A stretch of DNA of 64,000 bases from positions 13,950,001 through 14,014,000 of the forward strand of contig NC_043023.1 of the NCBI RefSeq assembly GCF_006345805.1, read 5' to 3'. A model generated the notes under the pieces. That model was not told where the DNA came from. It worked only from the letters and a program-made list of their open reading frames with translations, and did not search any database. Position numbers and translations under genes: made by a program. Origin of the DNA: Octopus sinensis. Its lineage: Eukaryota. Shown in pieces: positions 52,458 through 64,000 of this stretch (position 1 is its first letter; the number at the start of each line of letters is the position of its first letter).

Positions 52458-52500
52458 TAATCTAGATATCATGTATCTTCTATGTCTGGGAAGTCATTTT

Positions 52501-53194
52501 AGATCTTTTCGGTTTGACCGGCAGTTTTTTAAAATAGGGCCGACCAAAGCCTTGAGTGGATTTGGTAGACGGAAACTGAAAGAAGCCCGTCGTATATATG
52601 TATATATATATATATATGTGTGTGTATGTTTGTGCGTCTGTGTTTGTCCTAGCATTGCTTGACAACCGATGCTGGTATGTTTATGTCGCCGTCACTTAGT
52701 GGTTCGGCAAAAGAGACTGATAGAATAAGTACTGGGCTTACAAAGAATGTCCCGGGGTCGATTTGCTTGACTAAAGGCAGTGCTCCAGCATGGCCGCAGT
52801 CAAATGACTGAAACAAGTAAAAGAGTAAGAGTAACTAAACACTTTTAAACTTCGTATACTAGTAGAATGTGTTTATAAAACATCATTTTCTCTTGGCTTC
52901 ATTGAGAAAATTCTATGGTTTGTAAGATATTTGTTGTTTTTTTCCTTCAATTTCGGCAATTTCAACCAATCAATGACGTCTATTAAGGTGAAAACATTCT
53001 GTGCCATATGAATATGTCCCTCGTGTAAGAAACAGATTGGGTTTATTTACATTTCTGAAGAAAAAGATACCCTTCCCCCCACCTCCAACCCTAAAAGAGA
53101 TTGAAATGCAATAGATCGATACTAGGGTCATGATTATGGGTGACAATTTCATATGACACCGCGAGAAAAACTGCCGTTCAAACCGAAAAGATCC
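52501..53194. mobile_element. MITE (Merlin-like) with 8-bp TSD, interrupted by a SINE
   Basis: 29-bp TIRs; GTCATTTT at 52493-52500 and 53195-53202; tRNA-SINE 3' part at about 52537-52830 inside. Confidence 0.85.
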
Positions 53195-54079
53195 GTCATT
53201 TTCTTTTTGTGCCTTATAATTTAACACACTCACCGGTAAAATTTCCACCTATTTCTTTTTATTTTCTTAAAATTTTTGTTGTTTTGCAACCTTTTCGATA
53301 GTGGAAATTTTACCTGTAAGTGTGTTAAATTATAAGGCACAAAAAGAAAATGACTCTCCCCAGACACAACAGAATATGCTTCAACACACAAACCGCAACC
53401 GTAAAACAGATTGAAATGCAATAGATCGATACTAGGGTCATAATTATGGGTGACAATTTCATGACACTGTGAGAAAAACTGCCGTTCAAACTGAAAAGAT
53501 CCGTCATTTTGTTTTCGTGCCTTATAATTTAACACAATCACCAGTAAAATTTCCACTTTTTTCTTATTTTTATTTAGCTAAAATTTTCGTTGCGTCTTGC
53601 AACCTTTTCAATAGTTTTGAAAATTTTAGGACAATAAAAATAAGAAAAAAGTAGAAATTTTACCGGTGAGTGTGTTAAATTATAAGGCACAAAAAGAAAA
53701 TGACTCTCCCCAGACACAACAGAATATGCTTCAACACACAAACTCATATAAAGAATCTTGCAATCCAAAAACGAAATCTATCTTTTATACTTTGACTAAT
53801 TCTAGTTGTTGAAGTACGACCAAGCTGGGGCACTGCCTTGAGATTTAGTCAAACAAATTGATCCCAGTACTTCATTTATTAAAGCTTATTTTATCGTTCC
53901 CTTTTGTCAAACCATTTATGAGGGATGTAAATAAACCGATACAGGTTGCCAAATGGTGGCAGTGGTTGTCACGCGCACACACGCACAGGTGTGGTGAGAA
54001 GCTTGCTTCCTGAGAGGATTATTGCCTCGCGTGTGATTTATTTTTTATTTTTTTTTTTTTTCCTCAATATTGAACTATA

Positions 54080-54592
54080 GGCGCAGGAGTGGCTGTGTGG
54101 TAAGTAGCTTGTCTACAAACCACATGGTTCCGGGTTCAGTCCCACTGCATGGCATCTTGGGCAAGTGTCTTCTGCTATAGCCCCGGGCCGACCAATGCCT
54201 TGTGAGTGGATTTGGTAGACGGAAACTGAAAGAAGCCCATCATATATAGGCACAGGAGTGGCTGTGTAGTAAGTAGGTTGCTAACCAACCACATGGTTCC
54301 GGGTTCAGTCCCACTGCGTGGCATCTTGGGCAAGTGTCTTCTGCTATAGCCCCGGGCCGACCAATGCCTTGTGAGTGGATTTTTGTAGACGGAAACTGAA
54401 AGAAGAAGCCTGTCGTATATATGTATATAGGCGCAGGAGTGGCTGTGTGGTAAGTAGCTTGCTAACCAACCACAATGGTTCCGGGTTCAGTCCCACTGCG
54501 TGGCATCTTGGGCAAGTGTCTTCTGCTATAGCCCCGGGCCGACCAATGCCTTGTGAGTGGATTGATAGACGGAAACTGAAAGAAGCCTGTCG

Positions 54593-54632
<40 letters not shown>

Positions 54633-54850
54633 GTATATATGTGTGTGTCTGTGTTTGTCCCCCTAGCATTGCTTGACAACCGATGCTGGTGAGTTTACGT
54701 CCCCGTCACTTAGCGGTTCGACAAAAGAGACCGATAGAATAAGTACTGGGCTTACAAAGAATAAGTCCCGGGGTCGATTTGCTCGATTAAAGGCGGTGCT
54801 CCAGCATGGCCGCAGTCAAATGACTGAAACAAGTAAAAGAGAGAAAAGAG
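54080..54850 (+). mobile_element. SINE family A: three tandem heads plus one tail
   Basis: Heads at about 54080, 54248 and 54429; similar double head at 61992-62562. Confidence 0.9.
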
Positions 54851-55943
54851 ATGTAAAAGGTTTATCACCTCATTGTGGTTTTTTTATATAAAAAAAAATG
54901 TTTTAGAGAAGCGAAAGTCAGCGGGCAGTTTTTGTCTTCTCCCATCCTTATCATCCTTGCATCATTATCATTCATCCCATTAATGTCTGTGTCCAGCCCG
55001 CAAGCTTCTCTCTCTGTGCTGCTCTTGTGGCAAATTTAATGAAATAAAGAAGCTTGCTTCCTAACCATATGACTCTGGGTTCAATCCCACTGCGTGGCAC
55101 TTTGGTCAAGTGTCTTCTACTACAGCCTCGGGTCAACCAAATCCTTGTGAGTGGATCTGGTAGATGGAAACTGAAAGAAGCCTGTTGTGTTGTGTGTGTA
55201 TGTCCCACCATCATTGCTTGACAACCGATGCTGGTGTGATTATGTCCTTGTAACTTAGCAGTTTGGCAAAAGACACAGACTTCCGTGCCCTCCCCCCTCC
55301 TTTTTCTCAAATTTATTTTTGCAATTTTTTTTTTGCCAAAAATCCTCATTTTCGGATACGGAGGTTCCGGAAAATTGCCAAAAAATCCGCATTGTGAAAT
55401 TTGCCCCCCAACTTCTTCAATTTTGACTTTTCCCCACCAAAACTAACCCTAAAACCCTAAACAGCAAGACTTCTGCCTGACCAAAACCACCCTTTAAAAC
55501 TTTTCGATACAACTCCCTCCATTTTTGGAGAAAATGGGTGGGGGGGGGGGCAGACAGAAGTCTTTCTATGTGTTTTGTCAAACTGCTAAGTTACAAGGAC
55601 CTAATCACACCAGCATCGGTTGTCAAGCAATGATGGTGGAACACACACACACGACAGGCTTCTTTCTTTTTGCCTAAGATATTGCCAAGTCTTCACATTT
55701 TTAGTCTTGACCCAAAGCCTATTTTTATATAATGAATTTGCCTGCCATATATACTCTTTACTCTTTTACTTGTTTCAGTCATTTGACTGTGGCCATGCTG
55801 GAGCATCGCCTTTAATCGAGCAAAATGACCCCGGTACTTATTCTTTGTAAGCCCAGTACTTATTCTATCGGTGTCTTTTTGCCGAACCACTAAGTGACAG
55901 GGGACGTAAACACACCAACATCGGTTGTCAAGCGATGTTGGGT

Positions 55944-55980
<37 letters not shown>

Positions 55981-56749
55981 TAATATATACGACAGGCTTC
56001 TTTGTTTCCGTCTACCAAATCCACTCACAAGGCATTGGTCGGTCCGGGGCTATAGCAGAAGACACTTGCCAGAGATGCCTCGCAGTGGGACTGAACCCGG
56101 AACCATGTGATTGGTAAACAAGCTACTTACCACACAGCCACTCCGACACTATAGTAGACAAAAATAATGGACAGACAAATAATGGACACCAAATTAATGT
56201 TCAGTTGTTGAATGAAACTATTCCATTTCCCATTTTTGATCTCTTCCTTTTGAACGGCAGTTTTCAACACAATTTCTAGTTAACTAAACACTTTAAAACT
56301 TCGAATACTGGTAGAATGTGTTTATAAAACATCTTTTTCTCTTGGCTTTCTTGAGAAAATTGTAATTTGTTTAACGTAGTTTAATGTTTCGAATCTTAAC
56401 CAATCCTTTTGAGCTAAAATCATTTGCTGCGTCTAAAACTGAGACATCCTGTAACTAACCCTAAATTTTTTTTTTTCTTAATTGTTAAATTAAATTAATT
56501 TGTTACGCGTGTAAAAAAAACTAAAGCAATGGAATTAAATTAATTTAACAATTAAAAAAAAAAATTTAGGGTTAGGGTTGGTGGAGAGGTTTAGGGTTAG
56601 TTACAGGATGTCTCAGTTTTAGACGCAGCAAATGATTTTAGTTGAATGGAGGTAATCGATTGGTTAAAATTGCCGAAATACTCGGATGTTCAGACGAAAT
56701 ATCTTACAAACTATAGAATTTTCTCAACAAAACCAAGAGAAAATGATGT

Positions 56750-57341
56750 TTTATAAACACATTCTACCAGTATCGCAGTTTAAAAGTGTTTAGTTAACTA
56801 GAAATTGTGTTGAAAACTGCCGTCAAAGGAAAGATCAAAAAAAAGTTTTATTTTGACACATTCTACCAGTATACGAAGTTAAAAGTGTTTAGTTAGCTAG
56901 AAATTGTGTTGAAAAGTGCCGTTCAAAAGGAAAAGATCCAAAAGTTTTTATTTTGACACATTCTACCAGTATACAAGTTTAAGTGTTTATTTAGCTAGAA
57001 ATTGTTTGAAAAACTGCCGTTCAAAAGAAAAGATCCAAAAATGTTTTTATTTTGACACATTCTACCATATACGAAGTTTAAAAGTGTTTAGTTAACTAGA
57101 ATTGTGTTGAAAACTGCCGTCAAAAGGAAAAGATCCCAAAAAAGTTTTATTTTGACACATTCTACCATATACGAAGTTTAAAAGTGTTTAGTTAACTAGA
57201 AATTGTGTTGAAAACTGCCGTTCAAAAGGAAAAGATCCCAAAAAAGTTTTATTTTGACACATTCTACCAGTATACGAAGTTTAAAAGTGTTTAGTTAACT
57301 AGAAATTGTGTTGAAAACTGCCGTTCAAAAGGAAAAGATCC
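56750..57341. repeat. Six ~100-bp tandem copies of a MITE terminus
   Basis: The terminal GATC recurs at 56833, 56935, 57032, 57132, 57234 and 57337. Confidence 0.9.
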
Positions 57342-57387
57342 ACCATTTTTTAATTAATTTACCTTGTTTTTTGTTTTTTCTCTACAG

Positions 57388-57714
57388 ACAACTCTTCCTA
57401 CCGTGTTATTGTCGATGTTGACCCAAGGAAGGGAGTGTCCGAGTTCGTGTTCACAGCAAATGTCAGTTCGGACACCAACAGCGACCTGCTGCATAGTAAA
57501 CAGTGCTGCAGCTACACATTCCAAGACAATCGGACGGAGGAGATCATATCGGTGTCTGGTTCCACATCGGTAAACATCCTGAAGAAATATCCGCCAACCA
57601 AAGACCTTCCAGCAGGCACGTACTCCATGAATGTAACAGCATATCTGCACGAGAAAAACGACACAAAATCCATCTACCCTGTTGCTACGAACGTCACCCA
57701 TTTCCACCTGACAG
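57388..57714 (+). CDS. TMEM130-like exon 2 (first luminal beta-sandwich domain)
   Basis: TTTTTTCTCTACAG acceptor, ACAG|GTAGGT donor; 327 nt, phase 1-1; (D)NSSYRVIVDVDPRKGVSEFVFTANVSS...AGTYSMNVTAYLHEKNDTKSIYPVATNVTHFHLT with six N-x-S/T sequons. The end resembles TMEM130 PVARGFVVLPIT (recalled). Confidence 0.85.
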
Positions 57715-58739
57715 GTAGGTTTGAACTTGTGACACCGATTCAAAATTTCAGCATCTTGGGGTCGATTTCCTAGACTAAAGGCGGTGCTCCAGCATGGCCG
57801 CAGTCAAATGACTGAAACGGTAAAAATGAGTAATGCACAGTATAGTAGTTAAAATAAGTGGCTATGCTTGTTTAACCCCAGATCCTGTAGGCCTGTGATC
57901 AAAGATGTCCCAGCTTTGATCATCTCATTTTTTATTCAGCCACAATGTATGTTTATATGTATGTGTGTGTATATGTATGTGTGTGTATATATATATATAT
58001 ATGTGTGTATATATATGCACAGGAGTGGCTGTGTGGTATGTAGCTTGCTAACCAACCACATGGTTCCGGCTTCAGTCCCACTGCGTGGCACCTTGGGCAA
58101 GTGTCTTCCGCTATAGCCCCGGGCCGACCAATGCCTTGTGAGTGGATTTGGTAGATGGAAACTGAAAGAAGCCTGTTGTGTGTGTGTGTTTGTCCCCCCC
58201 CCTAGCATTGCTTGACAACTGATGCTGGTGTGTTTACGTCCCCGTCACTTAGCGGTTCGGCAAAAGAGACTGAGAATAAGTACTGGGCTTACAAAGAATA
58301 AGTCCCAGGGTCGATTTGCTCGACTAAAGGCAGTGCTCCAGCATGGCTGCAGTCAAATGACAAACAAGTAAGAGAATATTATATATATATTATATATATA
58401 TATATAATATATATATTATATGTTGGTATCCTTTTGTCTCGGGAGACGATGGAGTGGCGCATAAACTAATCCAGTCTGGTTTTTACATTTCATGTCCTCC
58501 CCAGTTTTGCGCAGGCCTGAGCTAGATGTAGGAAAATCCTGGGTAGCCCAATCGTCAGGATTCCTCTCTCGACCTTGCTGACGTCGTCCAAAGGAGTGCA
58601 GAGCATTACGTTTGGCACCAGTTTGGTTGCAGGAGCTACCGGAAGAGTCGAGGCGAACACTAAACCGCCTACGGGGCTCCACTCCAGATTTCTTTGAAAG
58701 CATGCATACATATATAATACACACATACATGTACACATG

Positions 58740-59060
58740 TGAAGGCGCATGGCTCAGTGGTTAGAGCGTTGAGCTTACAATCGTGAGGTTGTGAGCTCGA
58801 ATCCCGGACCAGGCTGCGTGTTGTGTTCTTGAGCAAGGCACTTTATTTCACGTTGCTCCAGTTCACTCAGCTGTAGAAATGAGTTGCGACGTCACAGGTG
58901 CCAAGCTGTATTGGCCCTTGCCTTTCCCTTGGAGAGGGGAGGCCGGTATGCATGGGCGACTGCTGGTCTTCCATGAAACAACCTTGCCCAGACTTGTTCC
59001 TCAGAGTAACTCTCTAGGTGCAAAACCCATGGTCAGTGTCTGACTGAAGGGGGTCACTAT
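58740..59060 (+). mobile_element. tRNA-derived SINE (family D, CORE/V-like TTGAGCAAGGCAC box)
   Basis: A/B-box head followed by a SINE body; its 3' part also occurs near 41130-41235. Confidence 0.75.
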
Positions 59061-60385
59061 CACACTACATGTACACATATGTGGAGGCACATGGCCTAGC
59101 GGTTAGAGCAGCGGACTCGTGGTTGAGGGATCGTGGGTTTGAATCTCAGACTGGGCGATGTGTGTGTTTATGAGCGAAACACCTAACGCTCTCGCAGAAG
59201 GTAATGGCAAACTTCTGCTGACTCTTTCGCCAGAACTTACTCTCATTCTTTCCTCCATCTTGCAGCTCACCTGCGACGGGCCGGCGTCCCGTCCAGGTGG
59301 GGAACCTACGCGCCAAGGAAACCAAGAAACTGGCCCTTAAGAGCCAGCCGTGGCTCGAGAAGGAACATGTACGCATGAATGACCAGAAATGTGCCTAAAT
59401 GTACTTCCTTTCAAAGGTACAAACATTGCTGTGTGGTAAGCTGGTTTTTCAGGTACATGGTTCTGGGTTCAGTCCCACTGCCTGGCACTTTGGTTGGCCT
59501 GAGGCTATAATAGAAGACACTTAACCAAAGACTTGTGGGTTTGGTAGATGGAAACTGTAAGAAGCTCATGGTATGTGTCTGTCCCTCCCCTGTCACTGCT
59601 TGACAGCCAGTCTTGGTGTGTCAGTCACTTAGCAGTTCAGCAAAAGAAACTGATAAAAGAATAAGCTTTAAAAAAATGTCCTGGGGTTAACTTGTTCAGC
59701 TTAAAAAAACAAAAAAACTATCAAAGCAGTGCTCCAGCATGGTCGCAGTCAAATGACTGAAACCAGTAATGGGATAAAAGAATACATTTACATACACATA
59801 TGCATCTATACAAGCAGCATCATCATTTAACATCCGCTTTCTATGCTGGCATGGGTTGGACGGTTTTCGTGGCCGTTTGCCAGCTCTGTCTGGCCCCCGT
59901 GTTGGTGGCACGTAAAAGCACCATCTGTTCGTGTCCATTGCCAGCCTCGCCTGGCCCCCGTGCCGGTGACACGTAAAAGCACCATCCGTTCGTGGCCGTT
60001 TGCCAGCTCTGTCTGGCACCTGTGCGGGTGGCACGTAAAAAGTGCCCACTACACTCACGGAGTGGTTGGCGTTAGGAAGGGCATCCAGCCGTAGAAACAC
60101 TGCCAAATCTGACTGGGCCTGATGAAGCCTTCCAGCTTCACAGATCCCAGTGGAACCGTCCAACCCATGCTAGCATGGAGAACGGACGCTAAATGATGAT
60201 GATGGGTTAAAGTCGTGAGGAAACACAATTTGGCAAGATTTGACATTTAATTGAATCTAATTTAGTTTAATTGGAACTCCAATCTGCCAGATCAAATTGG
60301 AGCCTGGTGCAGCCATCTGCTTTGCCAGACCTCAGTCAAATCATCCAACCCATGCTAGCATGGAAAGCGGATGTTAAACAATGAT

Positions 60386-60596
60386 GGGGCCGGTTTGGTC
60401 GGGGCCGGTTTGGTCGGGGCCGGTTTGGTCGGGGCCGGTTTGACTGGGGCCGGTTTGACTGGGGCCGGTTTGACTGGGGCCGGTTTGACTGGGGCCGGTT
60501 TGACTGGGGCCGGTTTGACTGGGGCCGGTTTGACTGGGGCCGGTTTGACTGGGGCCGGTTTGACTGGGGCCGGTTCGACCGGGGCCGGTTTGATCG
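60386..60596. repeat. GC-rich 15-bp minisatellite (GGGGCCGGTTTGACT) x14
   Basis: Direct inspection. Confidence 0.95.
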
Positions 60597-60777
60597 GGCG
60601 GCTTTAATTACATAATGAATGTTAAAAATCTCGTCTCAGGTACACCTATTTGAGCACTCAGAATGCATACCTATTAGTTTGTCACCTTGACGAAAAGTCC
60701 TTAAATCCTTTATATATACAGATTATATATACGCACATATATGGATTAATTTTCTACCATTTTATTTTTTTGCCCAG

Positions 60778-61062
60778 AGAACTTCAATGGCTACCTTACT
60801 GTAATACAAAGCCTGGTCTACCAAACCAACTGGTCTGCATTTATCATTCACAAGCCCATCTGCGTCTACTTCTACCTGACTGACCATATATTTGGTACCT
60901 TCACATACCATTGGCAGATCAATGGGACCATTGGCAAACACACTGATATACCATTGCTGGTCTTTACAGCCAGTAATATTGGATTGAGTCATTTCTCCCT
61001 CCATGCAAAGGAGACACGCTCAGGCTGGGAAGGTCATTTCGACAGCGTGGTCCTATTTCAAG
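60778..61062 (+). CDS. TMEM130: TMEM130-like exon 3 (PKD domain)
   Basis: TTTTTTGCCCAG acceptor, CAAG|GTTGGT donor; 285 nt, phase 1-1, no stops; (E)NFNGYLTVIQSLVYQTNWSAFIIHKPICVYFYLTDHIFGTFTYHWQINGTIGKHTDIPLLVFTASNIGLSHFSLHAKETRSGWEGHFDSVVLFQ parallels the recalled TMEM130 segment EFLVGDLVVTQNT...FLYSWDF...GDFSASLKLQE. Confidence 0.8.
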
Positions 61063-61132
61063 GTTGGTTTTTATGCACTCTCCTTATTTTATGCATGCTC
61101 ATACATACATACACGCTACTCATGTAGCATCT

Positions 61133-61383
61133 ACTTGCACCCTTGCTCGTGCACTTGCCCTTGCTCGTGCACTTGCCCTTGCTCGTGCACTTGCCCTTGC
61201 TTGTGCGCTCTCCCTTGCTTGTGCGCTCTCCCTAGCTTGTGCGCTCTCCCTTGCTCGCGCGCTCTCCCTTGCTCCGCGCGCTCTCCCTTGCTCCGCGCGC
61301 TCTCCCTTGCTCCGCGCGCTCTCCCTTGCTCCGCGCGCTCTCCCTTGCTCCGCGCGCTCTCCCTTGCTCCGCGCGCTCTCCCT
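61133..61383. repeat. CpG-rich 18-to-19-bp minisatellite
   Basis: CTTGCCCTTGCTCGTGCA, then CTTGTGCGCTCTCCCTTG, then CTCCGCGCGCTCTCCCTTG units. Confidence 0.9.
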
Positions 61384-64000
61384 CGGCCCGTGTGCTTGCT
61401 CAACCTCGCTCTACCGTTCATGATCACACACTTTGAGTTCAAGTTCTGCTGAGGTCAACTTTGCCTTTCATTCTCTCAGGGTTGATAAAATAAGAGCCAA
61501 TTCCTGATAACCTGCTTCATTATCCCAAAAGACATCATGACCATTGATCCAGTCGTTTGATACAGCCCTTCTATTGCAGCTGAATGACATGTGCTTGCAA
61601 CTGACATGTGATGATGATTCACTCCCGAACTGAAATAGGCTCCCAGCCTCTGTATCATGAATGGTTATGGAGCACCACCTTTAGTCGAGCAAATCGACCC
61701 CGGGACTTATTCTTTTTGTAAGCCTAGTACTTATTCTATCGGTCTCTTTTTGCCAAACCGCTAGGTGACGGGGACGTAAACACACCAGCATCGGTTGTCA
61801 AGCAATGCTAGGGGAACAAACACAGACACACTCCTAACGAAAACCAGACCTTCTTTCGACCACCACATAAAAAGTATTAAGGAAAAAAATGTCATTTAGA
61901 TATACTTTTATTTTAGTTGTTTACACTATTTTACATTTGTTTATACTCATATACATTCAAAGTTCACAAATCTATTTAAATTATGTATCCACAGCAGGAG
62001 TGGCTGTGTGGTAAGTAGCTTGCTAACCAACCACATGGTTCCGGGTTCAGTCCCACTGTGTGGCATCTTGGGCAAGTGTCTTCTACTATAGCCCCGGGCC
62101 GACCAATGCCTTGTGAGGGGATTTGGTAGACGGAAACTGAAAGAAGCCTGTCGTATATATGTATATAGGCGCAGGAGTGGCTGTGTGGTAAATAGCTTGC
62201 TAACCAACCACATGGTTCAGGGTTCAGTCCCACTGCGTGGCATCTTGGGCAAGTGTCTTCTGCTATAGCCCCGGGCCGACCAATGCCTTGTGAGGGAATT
62301 TGGTAGACGGAAACTGAAAGAAGCCTGTCGTATATATGTATGTATATGCGTGTGTGTGTTTGTGTGTCTGTGTTGTCCCCCTAGCATTGCTTGACAACCG
62401 ATGCTGGTGTGATTACGTCCCCGTCACTTAGCGGTTCGGCAAAAAGAGACCGATAGAATAAGTACTGGGCTTACAAAAAGAATAAGTCCTGGGGTCGATT
62501 TGCTCGACTAAAGGCGGTGCTCCAGCATGGCCGCAGTCAAATGACTGAAACAAGTAAGAGAGTATTCCTTTCAATAATATCGATTACAAAACTTCTTTGT
62601 AGACGATATATTCTGTTTGGTCGACACTAATTTTCAGATTACTGGAGTCTGTTTCTCTACTCATAGCGACGTATAACTGGCCGTGTGTAAACATCGGAGT
62701 TGGTAAAAATACACCTGCACAATCTAAGTCTGGTCCTGTGCCTTGTTTGCTGTGGATGTATGAGCAGAATCTTTAGGAATCTGCCCATATCTGATGAGAA
62801 ATACAGGGATATTATGGCAAATCTAAATCTTCTAAATTCACGAACTATACGGAGTGTTGAGAGGGAATACAGTCAATCCTCGTTACTAGAATTTTAGCAA
62901 AAAATATCAAAGGTGATCTATTAATACAAAACTCAATATCCACTAAATAATCTTACATTTTCCACATGATTTTTGCTAAAAACCTTCCTGATTTCCTCCT
63001 TCATTATCCCAAAAGACATCGTGAACATTGATCCAGCCGTTTGACCGTGAAAAGGGAACACGCAGACAGACATAACGCCCATTATAATAAGATGAGCAAA
63101 ACGCCCCCCGTCCAATGGATGGTGCAGAGTTCTCTCTCTTTACTCTTTTACTTGTTTCAGTCATTTGACTGCGGCCATGCTGGAACACTGCCTTTAATCA
63201 AGCAAATCGACCCCGGGACTTATTCTTTTTGTAAGCCCAGTACTTATTCTATCGGTCTCTTTTTGCCGAACCGCTAAGTGATGGGGACGTAAACACACCA
63301 GCATCGGTTGTCAAGCAATGCTTGGGGGACAAACACAGACACACACACACACATGCATACATATATACATGTATATATATATACATATATACGACAGGCT
63401 TCTTTCAGTTTCCGTCTACCAAATCCACTCACAAGGCATTGGTCGGCCCAGGGCTATAGTAGAAGACACTTGTCCAAGATGCCACGCAGTGGGACTGAAC
63501 CCGGAACCATGTGGTTGGTTAGCAAGCTACTTACCACACAGCCACTCCTGTGCCTATTGTCAAACATTTAAACCAAATTTTCTCAAAACAACTTGTCCAA
63601 CCGTTCCATAGGCCTCCCCTTTGAGAAACACTAATTTAACCTAAATTTGAGACACCAACAAAATAAGAAATATAGACTTTTTTTCTATTCCAAAGAAAAA
63701 CGATTTTATTCACACAAACGTGCAACTGAAGAGTTTAAAGTACCAGTAATGATAAGGCTGTTGACTTGGAGAACACAAACATGGTTTAAACATTAAGCTT
63801 AGCAGGAAAAAAATGTGCTTTTAAGCAGGACAAAAACAACAAAAAATGGAAGGTGCAGTTATGTACAGGTTGACGGAAGAAAAGCAGGACAACAACGGCT
63901 TTATTGATCGCATTCTCACCTGGAATCGATTTTTGTAATTTTTTCAAGACTTATACACGCCCTGATACCATGACAACTTGCTAGGGCTGCCTGCTGGAGC

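Noticed and set aside
58741-58815. tRNA-like sequences (also 9833-9905, 59083-59155, 54080-54145)
   Set aside because: A/B boxes present, but no complete cloverleaf or T-run terminator; they continue into SINE bodies.
60371-60607. GAGLT-repeat ORF (and the ALALA/RALP ORFs at 61003-61452)
   Set aside because: Translations of 15-bp and 18/19-bp minisatellites inside introns.
60762-61004. 80-aa minus-strand ORF with protein-like composition (also 57354-57743)
   Set aside because: Antisense shadow of the real + strand TMEM130-like exons.
62791-62810. CTGATGAGAAA hammerhead core words
   Set aside because: No stem II and no stem I pairing.

Overview
Eukaryotic, extremely repeat-rich genomic DNA with one 100-N assembly gap (33977-34076). 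The repeat families suggest a coleoid cephalopod, probably Octopus; this is an inference and was not database-checked. Two spliced genes lie on the + strand. (1) The last nine coding exons (3399-25593) of a ZDHHC17/HIP14-type palmitoyltransferase. All splice phases are compatible and give a 1164-nt frame with the last ankyrin segment, the TM helices, DHHC-CRD, TTxE and a C-terminal ...LQFV*. (2) The first three coding exons (38738-61062) of a secreted/type-I membrane PKD-domain glycoprotein resembling TMEM130; its exon 3 is absent from the supplied ORF track. The rest is tRNA-derived SINEs (often in tandem or inverted arrays), LINE fragments (RTE, CR1, R4/Dong), a mariner remnant, Helentron/DINE-like elements, several MITE/foldback elements and very long microsatellites. 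The most notable hidden signal is a set of minimal type-I hammerhead ribozyme motifs of the Penelope-like-element (PLE) kind in at least four unrelated repeat families: one with a canonical core and enlarged stem II (22210-22302), and two families as inverted head-to-head pairs. Almost all long ORFs in the track are low-complexity artefacts.
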